The notes beneath the pieces were generated by a model. The model had not been told where the DNA came from and did no database searches. It saw only the letters and a list, made by a program, of their open reading frames with translations. From a virus, in the IMG/VR virus record IMGVR_UViG_3300028581_000012: a DNA stretch of 64,000 nucleotides; one strand, written 5' to 3'. Position numbers and translations under genes: made by a program. This document shows positions 47,933 to 56,915 of the stretch, one piece after another. The number at the start of each line of letters is the position of its first letter. The first letter of the stretch is position 1.

Positions 47933-48574
47933 ATGTCAGCAGCTGAAGATTTAATGCAAAGATTGGCAGTATCCAAAAAAATTATGGATAGACAAAGCTC
48001 AATCAAAAGAGGTGATTTACCACAACATATTAATACAACACCGATGCTTGAAAGTTTTGAAACACCTCAAGCAACTTATAATTTACCACAAGAGTTTTTG
48101 TCTGAACAACCACAATCACAACCAAGGTCAAATTTTGACCCAACTAAACCAATTGAACAAACAAAAATTTTGAATTCAAAACTACCCGATGAAATTAAAA
48201 AATTAATGATTGAACAACCAATTGTTCAACCAAACTCAATGGGCAGTACCACAATTTCAAATGATATCATAGAAGGTGCCCAAAGACTTATGAAAATGGA
48301 TAAACCAAATATGGTACAAGATAATGTAACATCACAACCTAAAACACAACAAAAACAACAACAACAAACAACAAATACTTCATTCAATATGAATGAAATG
48401 AAAACAATGATTAGAGATGTTATTAGAGATACGGTTAGAGATGTTATTAGAGAAGAATTACAAGAGGCGGGTATTTTAAGTGAGTCAACTGAAAACGCAA
48501 ATGAAGTAATACAATTTAAAGTTGGTAAACATATTTTTATGGGTAGAGTTACCAAAATTCAAAAACTTAAATAA
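47933..48574 (+). CDS. Hypothetical Gln/Pro-rich protein
   Basis: 213 aa; SKLPDEIKKLMIEQP; IRDVIRDTVRDVIREEL repeat. Confidence 0.75.
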   Translation: MSAAEDLMQRLAVSKKIMDRQSSIKRGDLPQHINTTPMLESFETPQATYNLPQEFLSEQPQSQPRSNFDPTKPIEQTKILNSKLPDEIKKLMIEQPIVQPNSMGSTTISNDIIEGAQRLMKMDKPNMVQDNVTSQPKTQQKQQQQTTNTSFNMNEMKTMIRDVIRDTVRDVIREELQEAGILSESTENANEVIQFKVGKHIFMGRVTKIQKLK

Positions 48575-48593
48575 TTTAAAAAGATTAATAATT

Positions 48594-48621
48594 AAATCCA
48601 CCTCAAAAGGGTGGATTTTTT
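48594..48621 (+). terminator. Intrinsic terminator
   Basis: AAATCCACCT-CAAAA-GGGTGGATTTTTT. Confidence 0.85.
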
Positions 48622-48701
48622 ATTGTAATAATTTACCATTTGATAGAACAGGACTATTTATGATTATTAAAGTGAAATAAAACATTCAAGAAAACAAAAG
48701 C

Positions 48702-49559
48702 ATGGGAAATAAAATAAATTTAGACGAAAAAAAAGTTTTACAAGAATATATTAGTGGAAAAAGCTCATTGGTGTTGTCATCAGAGTTTGGGGTTTCTAAA
48801 CCAACAATTTTAAAAATATTAAAAAAACACAATGTAACAAGAAAACGAGATAGGTGTAATAGTTTAAATATTATTAAAAAAGATGAGTTTTATATTGTTG
48901 AAAGAGTTTGTCCTAGTTGTAAGAAAACTATTTTAACTAAGTCAAAAAATAAAACAATCGCATGTAGAAATCATTTCAATAAAATTGAAAAAAATATAGA
49001 ATGTAAAAAATGTTCACTTGAATCCCAAATCGGAACAGGTAACCCGTTTTATGGAAAGAAACACACAAAAAAAACAAAAAAAGAAATTTCTAAAAGTAGA
49101 AAGGGTAAGGGAATGGGGAAAAACAATTCTATGGCAAAATTAGAAAACAGAGAAAAATTAAAAGAAATATTACTAAAAAGAATAGAAATTAATCCTATAA
49201 ATTTTAATAGTAGGTCAAAAAGTGAAATAGAAATATTTGAAAAAATAAAAAAACAATTTACTAATACAAAACATAGTAAAGTTTTAAGGCCATATATTTG
49301 TGATATTTTTATTCCTGAATTAAATTTAATTATAGAATATAATGGCGACTATTGGCATTGTAACCCTAATAAGTATAATTTTGATTATTATCATGAATTA
49401 AAAAAAATGTCCGCAGAAGAAATATGGAATTATGACAAAAAGAAAATTGATTTAATAAAAAGTAATGGTTATAATTTAGAAGTGATTTGGGAAACGGAAT
49501 ACAACAAAAACCCAAAATTAATAAATAAAATTATAAAAAAATATGTCAAAAAAAATTAA
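48702..49559 (+). CDS. Free-standing putative homing endonuclease (HTH + Zn ribbon + NUMOD3 + Vsr/DUF559-like)
   Basis: LSSEFGVSKPTILKIL, CPSC/CKKC, NPFYGKKHTKKTKKEISKS, CDIFIPELNLIIEYNGDYWH...DKKK...GYNLEVIWE. Confidence 0.85.
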   Translation: MGNKINLDEKKVLQEYISGKSSLVLSSEFGVSKPTILKILKKHNVTRKRDRCNSLNIIKKDEFYIVERVCPSCKKTILTKSKNKTIACRNHFNKIEKNIECKKCSLESQIGTGNPFYGKKHTKKTKKEISKSRKGKGMGKNNSMAKLENREKLKEILLKRIEINPINFNSRSKSEIEIFEKIKKQFTNTKHSKVLRPYICDIFIPELNLIIEYNGDYWHCNPNKYNFDYYHELKKMSAEEIWNYDKKKIDLIKSNGYNLEVIWETEYNKNPKLINKIIKKYVKKN

Positions 49560-50760
49560 GGTTTTAGTCACCCCTAGCGACCGGACCGGAGTTGGAAAAT
49601 TCCGTTCAGTAGACCCCCACGTTTGTCTTCAAAATAATCACTCAGATGAGTTTCACGTAGATATTGACTACGACCCCAAAATCAATGACTATAACTATTG
49701 GAAACAATATGACATTGTACATTTTCATAGGTCTATAGGTCAAGATTTTGATATGGCGGTTGATTTAATTCAAAAATTAAACTCTATTGGTATTATTACA
49801 ATAATGGATTTAGATGATTATTGGTTACCAACAAAAGAACATCCTATCCATCAGTTAATTGTGCAAAATAAATTAAACCAAAAGATAGTTGCAAATTTAA
49901 AAGTTGCATCACATATAACAACAACTACATCTTTATTTGCTTCAGAAATTTCTAAAATAAATAAAAATGTTCACGTTTTACCAAATGCGATTAACCCAAA
50001 AGAACCTCAGTTTAATTACGAAACAAAACCATCAGAAAAACTTCGTTTTGGTTGGTTAGGGGGTTCTTCACACTTACACGATTTAAAGTTATTAGATGGT
50101 GTTGTAAATAAACTTAAAGACTCAAAAGATAAATATTCTTTACATTTATGTGGTTTTGATACTAGAGGAACTGTAACTGAAATTAACAAACAAACAGGAG
50201 AACAAAAACAAAGACCAATTAAACCTGAAGAAACTGTTTGGGCTCGTTATGAAGAAATTTTTACAGATAACTACAAAATGGTTTCACCACAACATTTAGA
50301 GTATTTAAAAAAGTTTGAAGACGTTGAGTACACCTTAGAACAAGAACCATTTTACAATCGTGTTTGGACCAAACCTGTAACATCTTACGCATCAAATTAT
50401 AGACTTTTTGATGTATCTTTATCCCCTATTAAAAATCATATTTTTAACAGAGTAAAATCACAATTAAAAGTAATTGAAGCTGGATTCTATAAAAAAGCGA
50501 TTATTGCATCAAATATAGGTCCTTATACAATTGATTTAAAACATTCATTAAAAAATGGTCAATTTACAGATGGAAATGCACTTTTAGTAGATGAATCAAG
50601 AAATCATAGTGATTGGGCAAAATATATGAAAAAGTTAATTGATAACCCTAACTTCGCATATGACTTAGGTCAAAAATTGTATGAAACTGTTAAAGACACG
50701 TACGACCTTAATATTGTCACAAAAAATAGAGCAGACCTATATAAATCCCTAATTAAATAA
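49543..50760 (+). CDS. Glycosyltransferase, GT-B/GT4-like
   Basis: MDLDDYW, VLPNAI, GWLGGSSHLHDL, FNRVKSQLKVIEAG, IIASNIGPY. Confidence 0.88.
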   Translation: MSKKIKVLVTPSDRTGVGKFRSVDPHVCLQNNHSDEFHVDIDYDPKINDYNYWKQYDIVHFHRSIGQDFDMAVDLIQKLNSIGIITIMDLDDYWLPTKEHPIHQLIVQNKLNQKIVANLKVASHITTTTSLFASEISKINKNVHVLPNAINPKEPQFNYETKPSEKLRFGWLGGSSHLHDLKLLDGVVNKLKDSKDKYSLHLCGFDTRGTVTEINKQTGEQKQRPIKPEETVWARYEEIFTDNYKMVSPQHLEYLKKFEDVEYTLEQEPFYNRVWTKPVTSYASNYRLFDVSLSPIKNHIFNRVKSQLKVIEAGFYKKAIIASNIGPYTIDLKHSLKNGQFTDGNALLVDESRNHSDWAKYMKKLIDNPNFAYDLGQKLYETVKDTYDLNIVTKNRADLYKSLIK

Positions 50761-50763
50761 AAT

Positions 50764-51006
50764 ATGAACACATTAACACAACAATTAACACCACAAGAAG
50801 TATACGATAACTATATCAATCATCCGTCAACAAACGAAAATTTTATGTTGTTTTATATTATCACTGATGACTCATCATATAAGTTTAAATCACATCAATT
50901 TAATTCAAAAGACGAAACCTATTGTATTTCACTTTTAGAGTCAATTATGGATTTAGAAGGGTTTGCTGGATTTCCTTTTGGTGGTAAAATAACATCAAAT
51001 AATTAA
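50764..51006 (+). CDS. Hypothetical protein
   Basis: 80-aa ORF filling the operon gap. Confidence 0.6.
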   Translation: MNTLTQQLTPQEVYDNYINHPSTNENFMLFYIITDDSSYKFKSHQFNSKDETYCISLLESIMDLEGFAGFPFGGKITSNN

Positions 51007-51012
51007 ATAAAA

Positions 51013-51741
51013 ATGATTAATATTCCTATAACAAAAATTTTATTTTTAGATATCGAAACTGTAGGTATCTGTAAAGACTGGTCTACTTGTCAAAAAACAA
51101 ACCCAACTATTGCGGAACAATTTGTTAAATACTTTGATTGGTTTTTAAAAAGATTCCCTGAAGATGATGTTGAAACAAACGGGTTAGAAGATGAAATGCA
51201 AAAAATGAATGATGTCTATTCATTACGTACCGCGTTAGTGCCTGAGTTTGCAAAAATTGTTTGTGTGTCAATGGCATTTGTTTTAGAAAATGGTGAGGTT
51301 AAAAAACAAACATTTAAAAACGATGATGAAGAAAAACTTCTTTTGGAAGTGAGAAATCTTTTGGACCGTTGTCATAAATTGGATTTTTATCTTTGTGGTC
51401 ACAACCTTAAAAACTTTGACATACCGATGTTAGCTAAACGTATGATTGTAAATGGTATTATGCCATCTAAAATACTACCGTCTTACGATACTAAACCTTG
51501 GGAAGTTAAAGCCATTGACACTAAAGAAATATGGCAATACGGAGCGTACACCTCAATTGGTTCTTTAGATTTAATGTGCTCTTGTTTAGATATACCAACA
51601 CCTAAAGATGGCGAAATCAATGGAGGAATGGTTCATTCGGCTTATTGGGAGTCTAACAGATTAGATGAAATTGCAAAATATTGTGAAAAAGATGTTGATG
51701 TATTAATTTCAACAATAAAAAAATTAAAATCATTAAAATAA
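51013..51741 (+). CDS. PolB-related stand-alone 3'-5' exonuclease (DEDDy)
   Basis: FLDIET, GHNLKNFDIP, YCEKDV. Confidence 0.88.
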   Translation: MINIPITKILFLDIETVGICKDWSTCQKTNPTIAEQFVKYFDWFLKRFPEDDVETNGLEDEMQKMNDVYSLRTALVPEFAKIVCVSMAFVLENGEVKKQTFKNDDEEKLLLEVRNLLDRCHKLDFYLCGHNLKNFDIPMLAKRMIVNGIMPSKILPSYDTKPWEVKAIDTKEIWQYGAYTSIGSLDLMCSCLDIPTPKDGEINGGMVHSAYWESNRLDEIAKYCEKDVDVLISTIKKLKSLK

Positions 51742-52340
51742 TGTTTGATAAAATAAAAGATATTAAAAGTAGCGTGAAGGCACTTAAAGACCTTCAAACA
51801 CAGTTTGGTGATGTGGATATGTCAAACCCTGAAGCGATGTTAAAGTCTATGGGTGTTGATATGAATGACTTAAACCAACATTTTGAAAGTCAATTTACAA
51901 GTTCAGTTGAATTAAAATTTATTAATGAAAGTGAAAATGTTAATCCTGAATATGCTTACAAAAGTGATTCAGGTTTTGATTTAAGAGCGTCGGAAGATGT
52001 TTGGGTTTTTCCAAACTCAAGGTCATTAGTACCAACCGGTCTAAAATTCAATATTCCTGACGGATATGAAATCCAAGTTAGGTCAAAAAGTGGTTTGGCA
52101 TTAAACCAAGGACTATTCGTTTTAAATTCACCAGGAACCGTTGATAGTGGTTATTTAGGTGAAGTTAAAGTTATTATTTTTAATACAACAACAGAAAAAG
52201 TAAAAATAGTAAAAGGTCAGAAAATCGCACAAGCCGTTCTTTGTCCTGTGGTAAATGGTAAATGGGTTTCTTTAATTCAAACAAAAAGTATGGATGACAA
52301 AGACAGAAACGATAATGGATTTGGAAGTACTGGTCTATGA
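51741..52340 (+). CDS. dut: Trimeric dUTPase with N-terminal extension
   Basis: SGFDL, RSKSGLA, GTVDSGYLGEV, KIAQ, RNDNGFGSTG. Confidence 0.93.
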   Translation: MFDKIKDIKSSVKALKDLQTQFGDVDMSNPEAMLKSMGVDMNDLNQHFESQFTSSVELKFINESENVNPEYAYKSDSGFDLRASEDVWVFPNSRSLVPTGLKFNIPDGYEIQVRSKSGLALNQGLFVLNSPGTVDSGYLGEVKVIIFNTTTEKVKIVKGQKIAQAVLCPVVNGKWVSLIQTKSMDDKDRNDNGFGSTGL

Positions 52341-52489
52341 AAGATAAAAAAAAACTGTGTGAAGAAATATATAAAACTAAAATCGAATTAGTGATGTCAA
52401 AAAAAAATGATGGGTGGTGGAATATTCACATGAAAGAAAAACTAAACCTTTTAGTAGAAGAATTGAAAAAATTAAATTTAGAATGTTAA
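52337..52489 (+). CDS. Small hypothetical protein (50 aa)
   Basis: Not in track: MKDKKKLCEEIYKTKIELVMSKKNDGWWNIHMKEKLNLLVEELKKLNLEC; ATGA overlap with dut stop. Confidence 0.55.
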   Translation: MKDKKKLCEEIYKTKIELVMSKKNDGWWNIHMKEKLNLLVEELKKLNLEC

Positions 52490-54120
52490 CAGTAGGATTT
52501 TCAACAAGAAAAGTGGACGACAATTTTGTGTCCATGTTAAAAAAAACATCAGGAGTTTCTAAAATTGAAATATTACCTGTTGAAAACAATGGTGAATTTT
52601 CACTAAGTCAGGTTTACAACAAATTGATAGAGAAATCTGAAAATGACATTATTGTTCTATGTCACGATGATATATATTTTGATAGCAAAAATTGGGGTTC
52701 CAAAATATTAAATTATTTTAAAAGAAATTCTGATTATGGCATTCTTGGTGTTGCAGGGTCAACTTCACTTCCATCATCAGGCAAATGGTGGGAAGACTTT
52801 TCAAAATTAAAAGGAATTGTCAATCACGAACACGATGGAAAAAAATGGGAATCTAAATATTCTACAAGTCTTGGAAATCAATTAGACAACGTTTTACTTG
52901 TTGATGGTCTTTTTCTTGCAATAAATAAAAAAAATATCAAAAAGAATTTCAACGAAGACGTAAAAGGATTTCATTTTTATGATGTGGACTTTTCATTTAG
53001 AAACCATTTGGAAGGAGTTAAAATTGGTGTTATGTATGATGTAAGAATTACACATAAATCAATCGGGATGACAAATGAACAATGGGAAAAAAATAGAGAA
53101 GAATTTGCAGAAAAATTTAAAGATGTTTTACCATTAAAAATTAAAAGAAATTTAACTTTAGAATCACCATTGAAAGTTATGTTGTCATGTTTGTTTTTCA
53201 AAACTTTTACAGGTTCAGAAATGTATGTTTATGAATTGGCAAGAGGGTTAAAAAAATTAAATTGTGATGTTACGGTTGTGTCTGATATTAATGGACCTCT
53301 ATCACAATTGGCAAAACAACAAGGAATTAAAGTTTTACCTTTTCAACAATCGCCCGGATATAAGTTGGGTGATGGTAAATGGGGGTTTAACACACCAGAA
53401 GGGTTTAAACCAACACAACCAAATGTAATGTATAAAATATCTGATGTTAATTTTGATATTATACATACTCAACATACACCTGTATCAAATCAAATTTGTC
53501 AGATGTATCCAAATATTAATAAAATATCAACAATACATTCAGAAGTTATTGAGTTAGAAAATCCGATATTACACGAATCAATTAAAAAATATGTTTGCAT
53601 AAGACCTGAAATTCAAGAACATATTATAGAAAAATTTAATATTGATACAAGTAATACTGAAGTTGTTTATAATCCAATTGATTCAAAAAGATTTAATACC
53701 AATAATACAAAAGATGAAAACTACATTTTATTTGTTGGAACAATTGATTACTTAAGAGAAAACGCAATTAGAGATTTGGTTTCATATTCTAAAGAAGTGG
53801 GAAAAGAATTATGGTTGGTGGGAGAAAATAAATCAAACTACCTTGATGACTTGTTAACTAATCAACACGTAAAACATTCCAATGCAACAAGTAGAGTTGA
53901 AACGTTTGTTAAAAACTGTTCAGAAACTGCAGGAATACTTCTTGGAAGAACAACCATTGAAGGTTGGATGTGTGGAAAACCTGGATGGATTTACAATGTT
54001 GAAAGTAGTGGATATATTGTAGATAAAAAATTACACGAACCTCCAAGTGATATTGAAAAATTTGATTCATTGGAAGTAAGTAAAAAAATAAAAGAATTAT
54101 ATATTAAAATTTTAAATTAA
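52483..54120 (+). CDS. Two-domain glycosyltransferase (GT2-like + GT-B)
   Basis: N-domain YN...VLCHDD...GVAG...VDGLF...GFHFYD; C-domain TGSEMYVYELA...VVYNPID...GRTTIEG. Start moved to ATG 52483. Confidence 0.85.
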   Translation: MLTVGFSTRKVDDNFVSMLKKTSGVSKIEILPVENNGEFSLSQVYNKLIEKSENDIIVLCHDDIYFDSKNWGSKILNYFKRNSDYGILGVAGSTSLPSSGKWWEDFSKLKGIVNHEHDGKKWESKYSTSLGNQLDNVLLVDGLFLAINKKNIKKNFNEDVKGFHFYDVDFSFRNHLEGVKIGVMYDVRITHKSIGMTNEQWEKNREEFAEKFKDVLPLKIKRNLTLESPLKVMLSCLFFKTFTGSEMYVYELARGLKKLNCDVTVVSDINGPLSQLAKQQGIKVLPFQQSPGYKLGDGKWGFNTPEGFKPTQPNVMYKISDVNFDIIHTQHTPVSNQICQMYPNINKISTIHSEVIELENPILHESIKKYVCIRPEIQEHIIEKFNIDTSNTEVVYNPIDSKRFNTNNTKDENYILFVGTIDYLRENAIRDLVSYSKEVGKELWLVGENKSNYLDDLLTNQHVKHSNATSRVETFVKNCSETAGILLGRTTIEGWMCGKPGWIYNVESSGYIVDKKLHEPPSDIEKFDSLEVSKKIKELYIKILN

Positions 54121-54840
54121 ATGAGTTTAGTTATTTTAACAACAACATATAACTGTCAAGATTATATTGAAAAATGTTTGGCAACCATAATGACACAAAC
54201 ACATAAAGATTTTAGATGTTTTATTACCGATGACATGTCGACTGACCAAACCGTTAATAAAATAAAAAATTTTATAAAAGAGGATAATAGATTCATTTTA
54301 ATTGAAAACAAAAACAAAATGTACCAGCCGGGTAATTATGACCAAGTAATAAGAGGAAACTATGGGGTAGAAGATGATGATATTTGTATTGAGGTAGATG
54401 GTGATGATTGGTTACCCGATAGCAAAGTTTTTGAAAGAATAGTGAATCATTATAATAGTGGTGACATTTGGCTGGCAAATGGTTCTTTTAAATACCACGA
54501 TGGTAGAATGGGATTTGCTCAACCATATACAAGTTTTGATAATATTAGAAATGAGACGTTTACGTTAACACACCTTAGGACTTGGAAAGTTTTTTTATGG
54601 AGAAAAATAAATCAAGATGATTTGAAAAATCATGATGGGGAGTATTGGAGCGTTGCTGGGGATTTATCATTCATGTACCCGATGGCCGAAATGAGTGGTA
54701 TTGAGCATTATAAATTTATGTCTGAAATTAATTACATTTATAATGAAAGTAACCCAATTAATGACCACAAAGTTAATATGGAAAAAATTTTAAAAATTGT
54801 TAATATCATAAGAAATAAAAAACCATATACTAAGTTATGA
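54121..54840 (+). CDS. Glycosyltransferase family 2
   Basis: TTTYNCQDYIEKCL, TDDMSTD, VDGDDWL. Confidence 0.92.
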   Translation: MSLVILTTTYNCQDYIEKCLATIMTQTHKDFRCFITDDMSTDQTVNKIKNFIKEDNRFILIENKNKMYQPGNYDQVIRGNYGVEDDDICIEVDGDDWLPDSKVFERIVNHYNSGDIWLANGSFKYHDGRMGFAQPYTSFDNIRNETFTLTHLRTWKVFLWRKINQDDLKNHDGEYWSVAGDLSFMYPMAEMSGIEHYKFMSEINYIYNESNPINDHKVNMEKILKIVNIIRNKKPYTKL

Positions 54841-55640
54841 TATATTGTAATTTGAAAGGGGGTTTAGGAAATATGTTTTTTCAAATTGCAGCTACTAAAT
54901 CCTTATCAATCGATAATAACACCAATTGCTCATTTCCAAACTTACATCATCATTTATCTTATTTAGATTTAGAAAATACTCACAACCCAAAATTAAATCA
55001 TAGTAATGAGTATATAAAAATTTTTAAAAATTTAAAAACAGATAACGTAACAAACCCACAACCGCAAATAATTAAATATCCCTTTGAGTTTATTGAAACC
55101 GACCCAATCACACAAGATGTTTTCATAGATGGGTTTTTTCAGAGTGAAAAGTATTTTAAACACAATCGTACACATATAATAGATTTTATTGATTTTAGTT
55201 TTATTGATAAAGAATACCTTTTTGAAAAATACCCAATAATTTTTCAAAAAAATTGTACATCACTTCATATTAGGAGGGGAGATTATTTAAATTTCCCAAA
55301 CCATCACCCCACACAGAGCTTAGAATATTACCTTTGTGCGGTTGAAAAATTAAAAAATATTACTGATATGTTTGTAACATTTAGTGACGACATAGAATGG
55401 TGTAAGAAAAATTTAAATCTACCCAACTCACTTTACATTGAAAATGAAAAGGATTATATTGAAATGTATTTAATGAGTTTGTGTAGGAATAATATTATTT
55501 CTAACTCTTCATTTTCTTGGTGGGGAGCATGGTTAAATAATAACCCTTTTAAAAAAGTCATTGGACCTTTAAAATGGTTTGGAGAATCAATACATCATAA
55601 CACAGGGGATATATTACCCGAAAATTGGATTAGGTTTTAA
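54837..55640 (+). CDS. GT11 alpha-1,2-fucosyltransferase-like
   Basis: GGLGNMFFQ, GFFQSEKYF, HIRRGDY, FSDDIEWC, NSSFSWWGAWL. Confidence 0.92.
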   Translation: MIYCNLKGGLGNMFFQIAATKSLSIDNNTNCSFPNLHHHLSYLDLENTHNPKLNHSNEYIKIFKNLKTDNVTNPQPQIIKYPFEFIETDPITQDVFIDGFFQSEKYFKHNRTHIIDFIDFSFIDKEYLFEKYPIIFQKNCTSLHIRRGDYLNFPNHHPTQSLEYYLCAVEKLKNITDMFVTFSDDIEWCKKNLNLPNSLYIENEKDYIEMYLMSLCRNNIISNSSFSWWGAWLNNNPFKKVIGPLKWFGESIHHNTGDILPENWIRF

Positions 55641-55643
55641 AAA

Positions 55644-56063
55644 ATGGAAAAAATTTATTCAAAAATTGAAAAAGGAAAACTATTACATGTTATTAATAGA
55701 TTATCTGAAATACAAGGAAGAACTGAAATTGTCCCAGAAGATAATTTTATTCAGTGTGCCACATTAAGAATGGAAAGGAGAAAAACTTTCCCGCCACACA
55801 AACACATAACCAAAGATAGACACCACCCAAAACAAATTGCACAAGAATCTTGGGTGGTTATAAAAGGTCGTGTTAAATGTATATTATACGACATTGATGA
55901 TACAATAATATCAACGCCAATTTTAGGTGCTGGTGATGCCAGCTTCACACTATATGGTGGGCACACATACGAGATTTTAGAAGATGATACGATTGTTTAT
56001 GAGTATAAAACAGGACCTTATGAAGGTCAATCCTTAGATAAAACCTTCATTAAGAATGACTAA
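55644..56063 (+). CDS. Cupin-fold protein (WbuC-like)
   Basis: PPHKH...QESWVVIKG...GGHTY...EYKTGPY. Confidence 0.75.
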   Translation: MEKIYSKIEKGKLLHVINRLSEIQGRTEIVPEDNFIQCATLRMERRKTFPPHKHITKDRHHPKQIAQESWVVIKGRVKCILYDIDDTIISTPILGAGDASFTLYGGHTYEILEDDTIVYEYKTGPYEGQSLDKTFIKND

Positions 56064-56913
56064 TTTTTATCGTATAGCACCTATCAATCATGGATGGGGA
56101 TTTGGGTATGGATTTTTTTCAAACTATAGAATTTGTTTGGAGCAATTAATCCATCATCACGAAACTGGAGGTAATGGTATACCATATATCGATTGGGGTC
56201 AAACAACTTGGGTTGAGGGATTTAATCCGTTTGAATCAACAACATTAGTCCCTAATGGCAATCCTTTTGATTTTTGGTTTGACCAAAAGATACCGAGTCC
56301 CGAAGATTCGGTTAACTTTTGTACCAACAAACCTAGACCAGATTTAATTGACCATAGTAAACATTACTTTGATGAGCCATCGGAATTAAACCGACAACAA
56401 ACAATTGATAAATTATATATTAAACCTAAACAATATATTTTAGATAAAATTGACAAAATATATGAACAAGAATTAAAAGGTCATGTGGTATTAGGTGTTA
56501 TGGCCAGAGGTACTGAATATAACCTACATCACCCAATGTACGGGGTGTTTGATGTAAATGATTACATTAAAGAAATCAGTAAGATACTGGATGAAAACCC
56601 AAAAATAACAAAACTTTTAATTGTCAGTGAAGACATGGAATATATTAATGAACTACATAAAAAATTTCCGTCATCTTATTTTATGCCTAACGTTTTTAGA
56701 AGAACAGATGAATCGATGGAGTATATTAACCAAGTTCATTGTTGGCCAAATGTTAGTACAAAAAGACCCGACCATTGTAAGTTATTAGGTGAAGAAACAA
56801 TAATACAAGCTAAATTATTAGGTAAATGTGATTATTTGTTTGGTCGACTATCAGGTGTTTTAGCGGGTGCTGTGATTTGGAATGAAAATATAAAACAAGT
56901 ATTCAAAATTTAA
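56056..56913 (+). CDS. NodZ/GT23-like fucosyltransferase
   Basis: GFFSN, VLGVMARGTE, LLIVSED, LGKCDYLFGRLSGV. Confidence 0.75.
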   Translation: MTNFYRIAPINHGWGFGYGFFSNYRICLEQLIHHHETGGNGIPYIDWGQTTWVEGFNPFESTTLVPNGNPFDFWFDQKIPSPEDSVNFCTNKPRPDLIDHSKHYFDEPSELNRQQTIDKLYIKPKQYILDKIDKIYEQELKGHVVLGVMARGTEYNLHHPMYGVFDVNDYIKEISKILDENPKITKLLIVSEDMEYINELHKKFPSSYFMPNVFRRTDESMEYINQVHCWPNVSTKRPDHCKLLGEETIIQAKLLGKCDYLFGRLSGVLAGAVIWNENIKQVFKI

Positions 56914-56915
56914 TT

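Noticed and set aside
52414-52482. GTG-initiated extension of the two-domain glycosyltransferase
   Set aside because: Overlaps a coupled 50-aa ORF; the GT domain begins at ATG 52483
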